This document shows positions 19,091-28,579 of a DNA stretch of 32,000 nt, piece by piece (position 1 is the first letter of the stretch; each line of letters starts with the position of its first letter). The stretch is from assembly GCA_963718915.1 (NCBI GenBank), contig CAVRAI010000015.1, forward strand, positions 810,001-842,000, written 5' to 3'. The notes below the pieces were generated by a model that did not search any database, was not told where the DNA came from, and was given only the letters and a program-made list of their open reading frames with translations. The translations under genes were made by a program, and so were the position numbers. Origin of the DNA: an uncultured Chloroflexia bacterium. GTDB lineage: Bacteria; Chloroflexota; Ktedonobacteria; Ktedonobacterales; JADMIN01.

Positions 19091-19581
19091 TTACGAATTC
19101 GTCGCCTTCCACCAGTCTATCGTCACCTCGACGTGGCCGAGGTGCAGCCCCAGGTGCTCGACGGTGTGCGTCAGGCAGCGGCGGTTCATCCGGTCGCCAG
19201 CGGGATGGCGGCTGATGGCGGCCAGTTGCTCCGAGGTCATGCCGGTGAGCAGCGTCTCGGCGTCTGCCAGGAAGCTGACGAAGCGCGGGCGAAGTTCGGC
19301 CCAGGTGGGCAGCGCGGCGAACTCGGCGTCGCGGTCGCGCTCGATGGGGCCATCGCCGACGCAGCTGATGTACCCACCACTCGGCAGACGAGATAGCGTG
19401 CGAGCAGATGGCCGCCAGCGTGTTCGTCTGCGCGGTGGGCGGCTGCCAGGCGAACGCCTCTTCACTGATCGCGTCGAGCGCCTCAATATACCAGGTAATC
19501 AGCCGCCGCAGATGGTAGCGATATAGTTCCGACTCGTTCGTCGGCTCTTCGCCGGGCTTTCGGCGGCGTTGGCATCGGCAT
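19091..19581 (-). pseudogene. DinB-family (four-helix-bundle, His-rich) protein (~162 aa), two extra bases as assembled
   Basis: ATG 19581 (GGAAGGGG upstream) gives MPMPTPP. The sensible reading then moves +1 (KPGEEPTNESELYRYHLRRLITWYIEALDAISEEAFAWQPPTAQTNTLAAICSHAISSAEWW; break ~19551-19566). It moves +1 again at the GGG run 19371-19380 into ORF 19091..19486 (YISCVGDGPIERDRDAEFAALPTW...LTHTVEHLGLHLGHVEVTIDWW). Span is 491 nt = 3n+2. Confidence 0.6.
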
Positions 19582-19583
19582 GG

Positions 19584-20625
19584 CTATTGCCCCTTCCTTG
19601 CACTGTCGGTCAGCGTATTGCGGAGCATCCCCAGCCGTTCGATCTCCATCTCCACCACATCGCCCGCCAGCAGCCAGCGGTGGCGCTCAGTGCCCAGTTC
19701 GAGGATGCAGCCGGTTCCACAGGTGCCGGAGCCAATCACATCGCCGGGCCGCAGCCTCACATGCTCTGAGGCGCGCTCGATCATCTGCGGGAAGGTGTAA
19801 TACATGTTCTGCGTGTTGTCGTGGGTCAGGTTGTCGCCGTTGATCCAGCCGCGTATCTCCAGGTTGTAGCGCTCGTCCTTACCGGAGCCAGTGCGTCGGT
19901 CGTCCAACTCGTCGGGCGTGACCAAATAGGGGCCAAGCGAGGTGGCGAAATCTTTGCCCTTGGCTGGCCCCATATTGAGCACCTGCTCTTTGCGCCAGAG
20001 GTCGCGCGCGCTCCAGTCGTTCATCACCATGTAGCCAGCGATGTAGCCCGGCGCGTCGTCGGCGGCGATGTCGCGTCCCTCGCGTCCGATGACCGCCGCC
20101 ATCTCCAGCTCGAAGTCTACCTCCTGGCTGCGCTGCGGATAGCGCACCGGCTCCTCCGTGCCATACAACTCCGAGGTGTTAGAGAAATAGAAGACCGGGA
20201 ACTCATACCACGCCGGGATCATCTCCGCCCCGCGCCGGCGCCCGCGATGCCTTGACGTGCTGCTCGAAGACGTAGAAGTCGCGCAGGGTCGCAGGATTCG
20301 GCACGGGCGTCCGTAGCTCGACGTCGCGCAGATCGTGGGTAATCACCGGCTCGCCCGGCTCCAGCGCCACATCTTCCGGTCGTCCTTTATCCGCCGCCGC
20401 CAGCGCCGCGCGCACCGCCGCCATGCCGTCTGGCCCAAGCTGCAGCAGCGCCAGCGTCGTCGTCGGCAACCCCGGCACGCCGTTCACATCCAGCAGCACG
20501 ATGCCATTGCGCGCCGCCCACGTCCCCAGCGCCGCCAGATCAAACACCTGCTCGCCGACAAGAACGCCCGCGCGCCCCTCCGCCAGATGCGCCGCGCCCG
20601 CCTGCACATATGTCACCAGCTTCAT
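19584..20625 (-). pseudogene. fumarylacetoacetate hydrolase (FAH) family protein (~346 aa), split by one extra base as assembled
   Basis: ORF 20203..20625 (MKLVTYV...TLRDFYVFEQHVKA) and ORF 19584..20222 (MIPAWYEFPVFYFSN...MVMNDWSARD...GKDFATSLGPYLVTPDEL...RPGDVIGSGTCGTGC) are two halves of one gene. The break lies within 20223-20250 (GC-rich, GGGG run). Its stop is 2 nt from the DinB-family ATG. Confidence 0.75.
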
Positions 20626-20972
20626 CGCTTCATCACTCCTATGTGGCTATTGGTGGGGATAATTCTCCGGGAAATGCTGTCCGTAGCGCGTCCAACTTCG
20701 TTGTCGACACACCTGTCGGAGTATAGCACGGTCGGCGCCTTGTGACTTTTCTAGCAGAGTGGCAATCCCTGTGGTGATATACTTCTATGAAACTCAGAGG
20801 CTTGTTTTATGCTCTGCATTAGTGACCTTCTATGGTGCAATTTATTGCGGATAGATGCCTGATGTCATGTAGGCTCCTGGCAGAGTTCCGCAGTCCGCGT
20901 AGGCGGACTTCGTGGCCGCGGGCCATTTAGGCGCGGCTCTAGTCGTCAGCCCGAAATAGATGAGGAAGTGCT

Positions 20973-23900
20973 ATGACCCAGGTGAGTCGGTATCTTGAGG
21001 CGGTTCGGCAGCGGGTGATTGTCTTCGATGGCGCGATGGGCACCATGATCCAGAATCTCGGTCTGGAAGCGGCTGACTATGGCGGCGAAAGCCTGGATGG
21101 CTGCCCCGAAATTCTCGTATTGTCCCGCCCTGACGCCATCCGCGACATCCACCGCGCCTATCTGGCCGCAGGCGCCGATGTGCTCGAGACCGACACCTTC
21201 ACCGGCACGCGCCTTAAGTTGGACGACTATGCTCTAGGCGCGCGCACGCACGAGATCAACACTGCCGCCGCCCGGCTGGCCCGCGCCGCCGCAGATGAGT
21301 TCAGCACCGCCGAACGCCCGCGCTTCGTCGCTGGCTCGATGGGGCCAACTGGTATGCTCCCGTCTTCGGATGATCCCGCCCTCTCGAATATCACCTATCA
21401 ACAGCTTGCCGAGATGTACCGCGAACAGGCGGCGGCGCTGATCGAGGGCGGCGTTGATCTGCTGCTGATCGAAACCAGCCAGGACATTCTGGAGGTGCGC
21501 GCTGCCATTACCGGCATACGCCGCGCCTGGGCCGAGACGGGCCGCCGCGTGCCGATTCAGGCGCAGGTCACGCTCGACACGTCCGGGCGGATGCTGCTGG
21601 GCACCGATATCGGCGCTTCCTCCACGATTCTGAGTCACCTGGGCGTGGATGTTGTGGGCCTCAACTGCTCAACCGGCCCGGAGCATATGCGCGAGCCGGT
21701 GCGCTACCTCACCGAGAATATCCCGCTGCCGATCTCGACGATCCCCAACGCGGGGTTGCCGCTCAACGTCAATGGACGCGCCATCTATCCGATGGAGCCG
21801 GAGCCGTTCGCCGCGGCCCTCGCCGAGTTCGTCGGCACGCTGGGGGTCAACATCATCGGCGGCTGCTGTGGCACGACGCCCGAACACATCGCGCGCATCG
21901 TCGCCCATCTGGACGATCTCGATTCCGCCCATCGCAGCCATCCCGTGCGGCGGCTGAACGACTTCTCCGATGAGACGCGCCACCGCACCCAGCAGCTGGT
22001 GGCCTCGGCCATGCGCGCCACCTCGCTGCAACAGGATCCGGCGCCGCTGCTAGTGGGTGAGCGTGTCAACTCGCAGGGCAGCCGCAAGGTGAAGCAGGCG
22101 CTGCTGGCCGACGACTACGACACGCTGCTCCAGGTGGCGCGGGCACAGGTGGATGGCGGCGCGCATGTGTTGGATGTCTGTGTCGCGCTGACCGAGCGCG
22201 CCGACGAGCCGGAGCAGATGAGCCGGTCGGTGAAGAAGCTGGAGATGGGTGTTGAGGCGCCGTTGGTGATCGATTCCACCGAGGCGGGTGTGATTCAGGC
22301 CGCGCTGGAGACCTATCCGGGCCGGGCCATTATCAATTCGATCAACCTGGAGAATGGCCGGGTGCGCGTGGATGCGGTGCTGCCGCTGGCGCGCGAGCAT
22401 GGGTCGGCGGTGGTCGCGCTGACGATTGACGAGGAGGGCATGGCGAAGACAGCGGAGCGCAAGCTGGCCATCGCCCAGCGTATCTTCGAGATCGCCACCA
22501 GCGAGTATGGACTGCCCGCCGAGGCGCTGCTCTTCGACGCGCTGACCTTCCCAGTCACCACCGGGCAGGAGGAGCTACGCGATAGCGCCGTGCAGACGCT
22601 CGAAGGCATCCGCCGCATCAAGGCGGAGCTGCCGGGCGCGCTGACCATCCTTGGCGTCAGCAACGTCTCTTTCGGTGTTACACCACATTCTCGCGCCGCG
22701 CTCAATAGCGTCTTCCTCTATCACGCCGTGCAGGCTGGGCTGGACGCCGCCATCGTCAATCCGGCGCATATCACGCCCTACGCGGAAATCCCGGAGGCCG
22801 AGCGCGCGCTGTGTGACGACCTGCTCTTCAATCGGAGCGAGGATGCCCTGCCGAACTTCATCGCTTACTACGAGCAGCACGGTGGCGAGCGACCGCAAGA
22901 GGAGAAGGCTGACCCCACCGAGGGGATGAGTGTGGATGAGCGCATCCACTATCAGATTCTCCATCGGCACAAGGAGGGCATCGAGGCGCTGGTAGATACC
23001 GCCATCACCACGACGCGCCGGGGTCTGAGGCGAATCCCGACGCGCCCGACTGGAAGACGACGCCGCAACTCTCGCAGGCGGCGGTGGAGGCGCTCAATGG
23101 CGTGCTGCTGCCCGCGATGAAGGATGTCGGCGACCGTTTCGGCGCGGGCGAGCTGATTCTGCCGTTCGTGCTGCAATCCGCTGAGGTGATGAAGAAGGCC
23201 GTCGCCCGGCTCGAACGCTATCTGGAGCGCACCGAGGGCTACACCAAGGGGCGCGTGGTGCTTGCTACCGTCTTTGGCGACGTGCATGATATCGGCAAGA
23301 ACCTGGTCAATACGATTCTGAGCAACAATGGCTATACCGTCTATGACCTGGGCAAGCAGGTGCCGCTCAACACTATCATCGACAAGGCGATTGAGGTGAA
23401 GGCTGATGTGATTGGCCTCTCGGCCCTGCTGGTTAGCACGTCGAAGCAGATGCCCGCATGCGTCGCGGAGCTGGATCGGCGGAAGCTGTCGTTCCCGGTG
23501 ATGGTTGGCGGCGCGGCGATCAATCGCGCCTATGGCCAGCGCATCCTCTACGTCGGCGAGCCGGGCCAGGAGCAGCCGTATGGACCGGGCGTCTTCTACG
23601 CGCGCGATGCCTTCGAGGGGCTTGAAATTGTCGAGGCGCTGACCGATGGCGAGAAGCACGAGACGTTCGTCGAGCGGGTGAAGCGCGAGGCGCAGTCGGC
23701 GCGTGAGCTCCAGGCTGAGCGCGAGGCGGCGCGTGCGTCTGCTCCAACAGTTGTGCAGGAGCATGCCCCGGTGACGCCTGCCCCGGTAATCGTCGCGCCG
23801 TTCTGGGGGCCGCGTGTGTTGGACCGCGTCGCCGTCGAAGACGTGGCGAACTATCTCGATAAAAATGCTCTCTATCGTGGGCGCTGGGGTGGCGTGGCGC

Positions 23901-24592
23901 ACGGCGAGGAGTATAAACGGCTGGTGCGCGAGGAGTTCGAGCCGCGATTGGAGCGACTGCTGCGCGAGGCCCGTCAGCGCCAATATCTCCGTCCACGCGC
24001 TGTCTACGGCTACTATCCGGCGCGCGCCGAGGGCGATACGCTGCTGGTGCTCGATCCATCCGACCCGACAAGCGTGCTGGAGCGGTTCGCGTTCCCCCGG
24101 CAGCCCGACGGCCAGCGCCTCTGCCTGGCGGACTACTTCGCCACCGAGAGCGGCGAGCCAACCGCCGTCGCCTTCCAGGTGGTGACGATGGGCAACCGCG
24201 CTTCACAGGAGACCGAGCGCATGCAGGCGGCAGGCGACTACTCCGAGGCGTACTTCCTGCATGGGCTGAGCGTCCAGATGGCCGAAGCGATGGCCGACTA
24301 TGTCAATCGACGTATCTGTGACGAGTTGAAGTTGACCGGCGAGGCGGGACGCCGCTATAGCTGGGGCTACGCCGCGATTCCAGAGTTGGCGGACCACGAG
24401 CGCGTCTTCCGGATGATGGGTGTGCCTGAGGCGATAGAGGTCACGCTCACCGAATCGTATCAGCTTGTGCCCGAACAATCGACCGCCGCGATTATTGTCG
24501 TGCCGCATCCCGGCTCGGTCTACTTTGCCGTGCGCGAGGCGGCGGCGAGTCAACGGCGGGGTAGGGTCAGTTCAGATTCACGTTCCAGATAG
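20973..24592 (+). pseudogene. metH: cobalamin-dependent methionine synthase (~1200 aa), frame broken once (-1 type) as assembled
   Basis: ORF 20973..23120 holds the Hcy-binding domain (VIVFDGAMGTMIQ...GGCCGTTPEHI) and the pterin-binding domain (LLVGERVNSQGSRKVKQAL). ORF 23084..24592 holds the B12 cap and B12-binding domain (GELILPFVLQSAEVMK; FGDVHDIGKNLV, i.e. DxHxxG) and the AdoMet-activation domain (RRYSWGYAAIPEL). The frame switches around 22995-23020 (...EGIEALVDTAIT / ...DAPGSEANPDAPDWKTTPQLSQAAVEALNG). The 3' end is duplicated at 27212-27287. Confidence 0.9.
24483..24564 (+). repeat. direct repeat copy 1: the resident 3' end of metH
   Basis: By hand alignment to 27212-27287, 74 of ~81 columns are identical: ccgccgcgattattgt[cgt]gccgca[t]cccggctcggtctactt[t]gccgtgcgcgaggcggcggcgag[t]caacg[g]cggggta. 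Confidence 0.85.
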
Positions 24593-25971
24593 TGAGCGTG
24601 TCGAAGTTCGTATCGAGGAAGAAGAGCCTGTTGCCCTTCGCGTTCCAGGCGAGCGCAGGCTGGGGCGTGAGACCCCCAAAGGTCCGCAGACGATTCGCTA
24701 GCGGATGTGTCTTCAGCGTGAGCAACTTCGTGCCGGTCGCGCTAGTCGAAGATGGTGACACTTTGGCTTGCGGCGGGAATATCCGATCCGAGATTCGCGA
24801 CAATCTGATCGATCAATGGATTCGGGTCGGTCGCCGCGATCAGTTTACCGTCTGCGCGCCAGGCCACCGAGGTCTGCGACGCGTACGGATCAGCAGGATC
24901 CTTGAGCCGTATGGCCGCCGCCATCAGTCCTTTGTCACGCGGGGCAACATGATACTCCCCATCGCTTCCCTGCGCATAGTCTGTTGCGGCAGAATCGAGT
25001 TCGCCGCCAGATCCCAACACTGGTATCAGGTAGCGGTCATCAGGCGACAAAATTGTCATATTCTCATTGAAAGAGAGTACGCTCTTTTTGCGATCCAGCA
25101 ACACCATTCCTGGCTGCCACATGGTGAACGACTGTCCGCCGGATGGGGTACCTACAGGCGTAGTGGTTGAGGGATTAGGCGCCGCGACGAGTTTGCCATC
25201 GGAACTCCACCGATAGGCAGTCGCAATTGGCAGATTCGTGTTGCTATGTATCACATGATTTGCCTGAATGTCCCAATAGTCATAACCGTAGAATGCTGCA
25301 CTGGTGATCGCCTTCACTGCTTGCCCGTCCACTGGAGCCACCACTACGCCACTCACGGCAAGGAATGAGGTATTGTCAGGGCCAGCCATCATCCAAAATG
25401 GCAGCATCACCCGCTTGCCATCGAGCGCCCAGACGAGTCCCCAAAACTGAGGATAGACCAGAGATGATGGTGTGTCGGCCTTCGTGTATCCAGGAATGCT
25501 CGTATCTATGTCGATCTGCCGGACCAGATTGCCACGGGTATCGAGGATCGCGACCACATTTTGCGTGACGATTCCCGCGTCAGGATTGCTGCAGGCCCCG
25601 AGCTTCGCGAGTACCGCGACCTGTTGACCATCGGGCGACCATGCCGCAAAGGTTGGGCAGAAAAGGTTACCGTCAGCGAGGTTGATGCTGGTGACGTTGC
25701 TGGCGAGCTTTGCGTGCTGCTGCCAGGGAAACAGCCCCTTCCACGCGGCCCCTGCCGAGACGAGGACCACGACCGCCACGAGTATCGCCAACAACGTTGG
25801 CCACGGCCGTCTGCGTGATGGTGTATTTGCAATACGCATCGGAGCAGGATTGCCAGAATCGGGCATGGCTTGTGTGGCCCCGGCGAGTTTGCGCATGGCG
25901 GCGATCCGCTGGTTGCGCGCTACATCATCATTCCAACTGGCATTCTCTGGAGGCACATTCTCTTGGCTCAT
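24567..25971 (-). pseudogene. membrane-anchored beta-propeller protein (PD40/WD40-like repeats, ~467 aa), split by one extra base as assembled
   Basis: ORF 24742..25971 has an N-terminal TM helice (WPTLLAILVAVVVLVSAGAAW) and repeats of the type AAWSPDGQQVAVLA, YRWSSDGKLVAA, VAWRADGKLIAAT. It ends ...SQSVTIFD*. The reading continues +1 in ORF 24567..24803 (ATGTKLLTLKTHP...LAWNAKGNRLFFLDTNFDTLTIWNVNLN). The break is at 24741-24747 (GAC T AGC). Span is 1405 nt = 3n+1. Confidence 0.65.
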
Positions 25972-26010
25972 GTCGACTCCGGGAAGTTCACAGCAATTGG
26001 GTGGATCATG

Positions 26011-26544
26011 CTAGTCTTGCATCTCTACAATTGCTTGCCACTCTACCGTGCCTTCGATGGTGGCGCTAACTGTCACTGAATGATTACCCGACGGAGGCTG
26101 AAATACGGAGGTTCCGTTCAGTTCTGGCGTTGCAGTGCATGGACTGGATTCTGTCGCCTGGGGATAGGTGATATGCAAAGTGCCCGATCCTTTGCAGGTA
26201 TAGAAAAGTTTGTAGGATTTGGTTGCTACAAAACTTCCAGCAAACGTCTGAGATGTCGCAGACGTGTTTCCAAGCGTGAGTACGATATGCCACCCTTTCT
26301 CTGCTGTCAATGGTGGCAACGTTGCTACTGTGGTTGGCGATGCGGGCATAGTCGGCGTTGGAGTTAGTGTCTTGATAGCGGTTGAGCCATCACAGGCTGT
26401 CATAAAAAGAGTAACAAGCGACGATACAAGCAATGTTGTCACAAGCAAACACATCCTGGATGCGCATCGCGATTGGGAAATATAAGACACTCGTATCATC
26501 CTCTCGATCATACTATGGAGGACACCAGCATGAGTGTGAGACAA
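26011..26544 (-). CDS. small secreted lipoprotein, family unknown
   Basis: 177-aa ORF with internal ATGs at codons 12, 16 and 31. It has a signal-like segment and lipobox: ...SRMCLLVTTLLVSSLVTLFMTAC-DGS. The mature part is Thr/Pro-rich then beta-rich. It sits 39 nt upstream of the propeller gene. GC is ~48%. Confidence 0.55.
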   Translation of the reverse strand: MSHTHAGVLHSMIERMIRVSYISQSRCASRMCLLVTTLLVSSLVTLFMTACDGSTAIKTLTPTPTMPASPTTVATLPPLTAEKGWHIVLTLGNTSATSQTFAGSFVATKSYKLFYTCKGSGTLHITYPQATESSPCTATPELNGTSVFQPPSGNHSVTVSATIEGTVEWQAIVEMQD

Positions 26545-26677
26545 TCCATCTCATACCCATGCTGGTGTGCATGATGTGCGTCTGAGACGTTCTCAGCATC
26601 TTGTCAGGAACCAAAAAGCGTCATTATCCTGTCAGGATGCGTCATGGCTGATTGGGTCGCCCTGATTAGGAGCCTAT

Positions 26678-27097
26678 TCAGGTATTCCAATTTGGATACC
26701 AGGGACTACGCGCTGTAACTGTACCTTTGTCGTTTGTTATCGCGCAATTGCTCGCGAGATAGTAGTAGTGACCGGTGGTCACCTTTTGAAGGACTCCATA
26801 TTGCCCGTAGCCTGCCTTGTGCGCCGGAACTGATATGGCCATGCTGTGCCCGATAGTGGTGGAAATTGAGGTGGTAACCGTGATGCCCAGCGTAGCGTTT
26901 ACACCTGCAACGATCACGCTTGCATCAACTGTCGCACTCACGTTTATCGAAACGGAAACCGTGCCAGTGACCAGTGCACTAAATGTTTCCGTTGCGCTGG
27001 TGGCATTGCTATTATAGGCTCTATATGCAGATGCCCCATTTGGTTGGTCTGCTGGATATGGGCCAGAGAAAATTGGCGCAACTATAAAATACGACAT
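26678..27097 (-). CDS. small Ser/Thr/Val-rich beta-protein, family unknown; N-terminus uncertain
   Basis: 139-aa ORF. No other ATG/GTG/TTG lies in frame back to the stop at 27221-27223. An out-of-frame ATG at 27126 would give a better signal peptide (MAS.CALLFGMSYFIVAPIFSG), so another indel is possible here. Confidence 0.4.
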   Translation of the reverse strand: MSYFIVAPIFSGPYPADQPNGASAYRAYNSNATSATETFSALVTGTVSVSINVSATVDASVIVAGVNATLGITVTTSISTTIGHSMAISVPAHKAGYGQYGVLQKVTTGHYYYLASNCAITNDKGTVTARSPWYPNWNT

Positions 27098-27211
27098 CCC
27101 GAACAGAAGAGCGCACAGGATGCCATGTGTTAGCTGTCTCCACCGAACGAGCGTGTAGAAGGTATGTGTCTGGGGTAGCTGAGCTTCCAGGTGACGCTGA
27201 ATGATGCGCCG

Positions 27212-27287
27212 CCGCCGCGATTATTGTGCCGCACCCCGGCTCGGTCTACTTCGCCGTGCGCGAGGCGGCGGCGAGCAACGCGGGGTA
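27212..27287 (+). repeat. direct repeat copy 2: orphan relic of a metH 3' end (last ~24 codons plus TAA)
   Basis: It reads in frame AAIIVPHPGSVYFAVREAAASNAG-TAA (stop at 27286-27288) and is preceded by an in-frame TGA at 27202-27204. It lies 4 nt from the stop of the convergent anti-sigma-like gene (27293). Confidence 0.85.
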
Positions 27288-27292
27288 AGCCG

Positions 27293-28579
27293 CTAATTGT
27301 CGCCTCCGACCGTACCGGTAGGGGTAGCTGAACCGCCCGGCGAACCGTGGTGATCGCCGCCGTGATCGTCGTTCTCAGGAGTCTGTTGAGCGCCAGGCGT
27401 ATCGTCGTCGTTTTCCTCATGGCTGGTTATACTCGTCGTGACCGCCGCCGTATTGTCGGGGTTGCCCACGCCGATTGTGCTTGGCCGTGGCGCGTCATCG
27501 TCGCCCGACATCCGCGCGACCAGCTTCGTTGGTGTCACAGAGATAGTGGCGCTGACGGGCTGTCCATTCACCAGCAGCACGGCGCCCTGCTGAAAGCCTG
27601 ATCCAGAGACGGTGACTGTCCAGAGATGCTGGTCATGCTCGGAATAGACCATATTGGCCTGCGTGACCGTTAGCACCTGGTCGCCAATCTCGGCGAGCAC
27701 GCCCGTCGTCTCGATGCGCTCCGGCCATGGCAAAATGGCGAGCGCGGTATGCAGGTCGGCGATTCCCGTGGTACGCAGTTGTTCCAGTTGTGACGAGAGA
27801 GAGTCCCGTGCGTCGCCAGCGGGCACATTATCCAGATTGGTCGCGGCGGCGCGCGCCTCATCCCGGAAAGTCGCCAGCGCGTCGTCATACGTCGCGCCGG
27901 TCTGGCGGTTCGCGACCGCGGAGTTCAGGGCAAGCAGGGCATCTTGCGCATTGCTGATATGGAGTTGCGTGCGGTCGGCTGCGCTGCCAGTGATATTCGC
28001 CTGAAGATTCTGCTCCCACCGATGCAGGCCATAGAAAGGCGAACCCGGTCCGGCAAACGCCGCAGCCGTAAAGGTTGTCATGCCAATGGTGAAGAGCAGA
28101 GTCGCTGCCAGTGCGGGCCAGAGCAGCCGTCTCCACACGGGTCGGCGGCGCGTGGCGAACGGACGCGCTATTGATGGGATGTCTGGTAGCGTGGCGTCAT
28201 TCGCTGCGGCGCCCCACTCAATGCCTGGCAGCGTAGGGTCGTCGTTTCCCAGGAATGGCGGTGTCTCGATCAGTGGAAGAGGAGTTGTGTCGTCCGTGAG
28301 CGGCATTGGAGCAATACTATCGCGCTCTCGCAGGTATGCGGCGCGGGCAAGGAACAGCGCCTCCAGGTGAGCGACGAAGGCCTGCGATGGCTCCTCATCT
28401 CCCAGCTCGGCGACGCGATCCGCGGCGTCAAGCAGTGGCTGAAGATCCCCAGCTACGCCAGTGCCATTGGCCGATGGCCGCTCAGTTCGCCCTCGTCGCG
28501 CGTCCACACGGAGGGTGAGCAGGGTGTCGAGCCTATCTTCGGGTAGCATTGCCCTTCCCTCCTTTCCGTGCTGTCGCAT
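27293..28579 (-). CDS. anti-sigma-like membrane protein (DUF5667-like extracytoplasmic domain) with an Asp/His/Gly-rich tail
   Basis: 428-aa ORF directly downstream of, and overlapping, the ECF sigma gene. Single TM helix (LLWPALAATLLFTIGMTTFTAAAFAG), then FYGLHRWEQNLQANITGSAADRTQLHISNAQDALLAL.... C-terminus: ...SHEENDDDTPGAQQTPENDDHGGDHHGSPGGSATPTGTVGGDN. ATG 28549 is an alternative start. Confidence 0.65.
   Translation of the reverse strand: MRQHGKEGRAMLPEDRLDTLLTLRVDARRGRTERPSANGTGVAGDLQPLLDAADRVAELGDEEPSQAFVAHLEALFLARAAYLRERDSIAPMPLTDDTTPLPLIETPPFLGNDDPTLPGIEWGAAANDATLPDIPSIARPFATRRRPVWRRLLWPALAATLLFTIGMTTFTAAAFAGPGSPFYGLHRWEQNLQANITGSAADRTQLHISNAQDALLALNSAVANRQTGATYDDALATFRDEARAAATNLDNVPAGDARDSLSSQLEQLRTTGIADLHTALAILPWPERIETTGVLAEIGDQVLTVTQANMVYSEHDQHLWTVTVSGSGFQQGAVLLVNGQPVSATISVTPTKLVARMSGDDDAPRPSTIGVGNPDNTAAVTTSITSHEENDDDTPGAQQTPENDDHGGDHHGSPGGSATPTGTVGGDN

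Noticed and set aside
20626-20972. Cobalamin, SAM or SAH riboswitch upstream of metH
   Set aside because: I found no B12 box (…AGYCMGGAnGACCkGCC…) and no GGUGnAAnUCC element. The S-box GAGGGA/GCAACC blocks and the SAH GAGGAGCG…AACGGCGCUC elements are also absent. Only generic hairpins are present.
22952-24206. Long minus-strand ORFs inside metH (343 aa at 22952..23983; 228 aa at 23520..24206)
   Set aside because: They are antisense to an unambiguous methionine synthase reading frame, and their composition is Arg/Pro/Ala-dominated nonsense. The same reasoning applies to 10675..11406 (opposite the Rieske gene), 9958..10509 (opposite mdh) and 29858..30415.
7742-24803. Programmed ribosomal frameshifting as the explanation for the split genes
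   Set aside because: I see no slippery heptamer (X XXY YYZ) or RF2-type CUU-UGA-like context at the break points. The breaks occur in unrelated genes and varied contexts, including GCGCGCG, homopolymer runs and ordinary sequence. Indel error or decay is far more likely.
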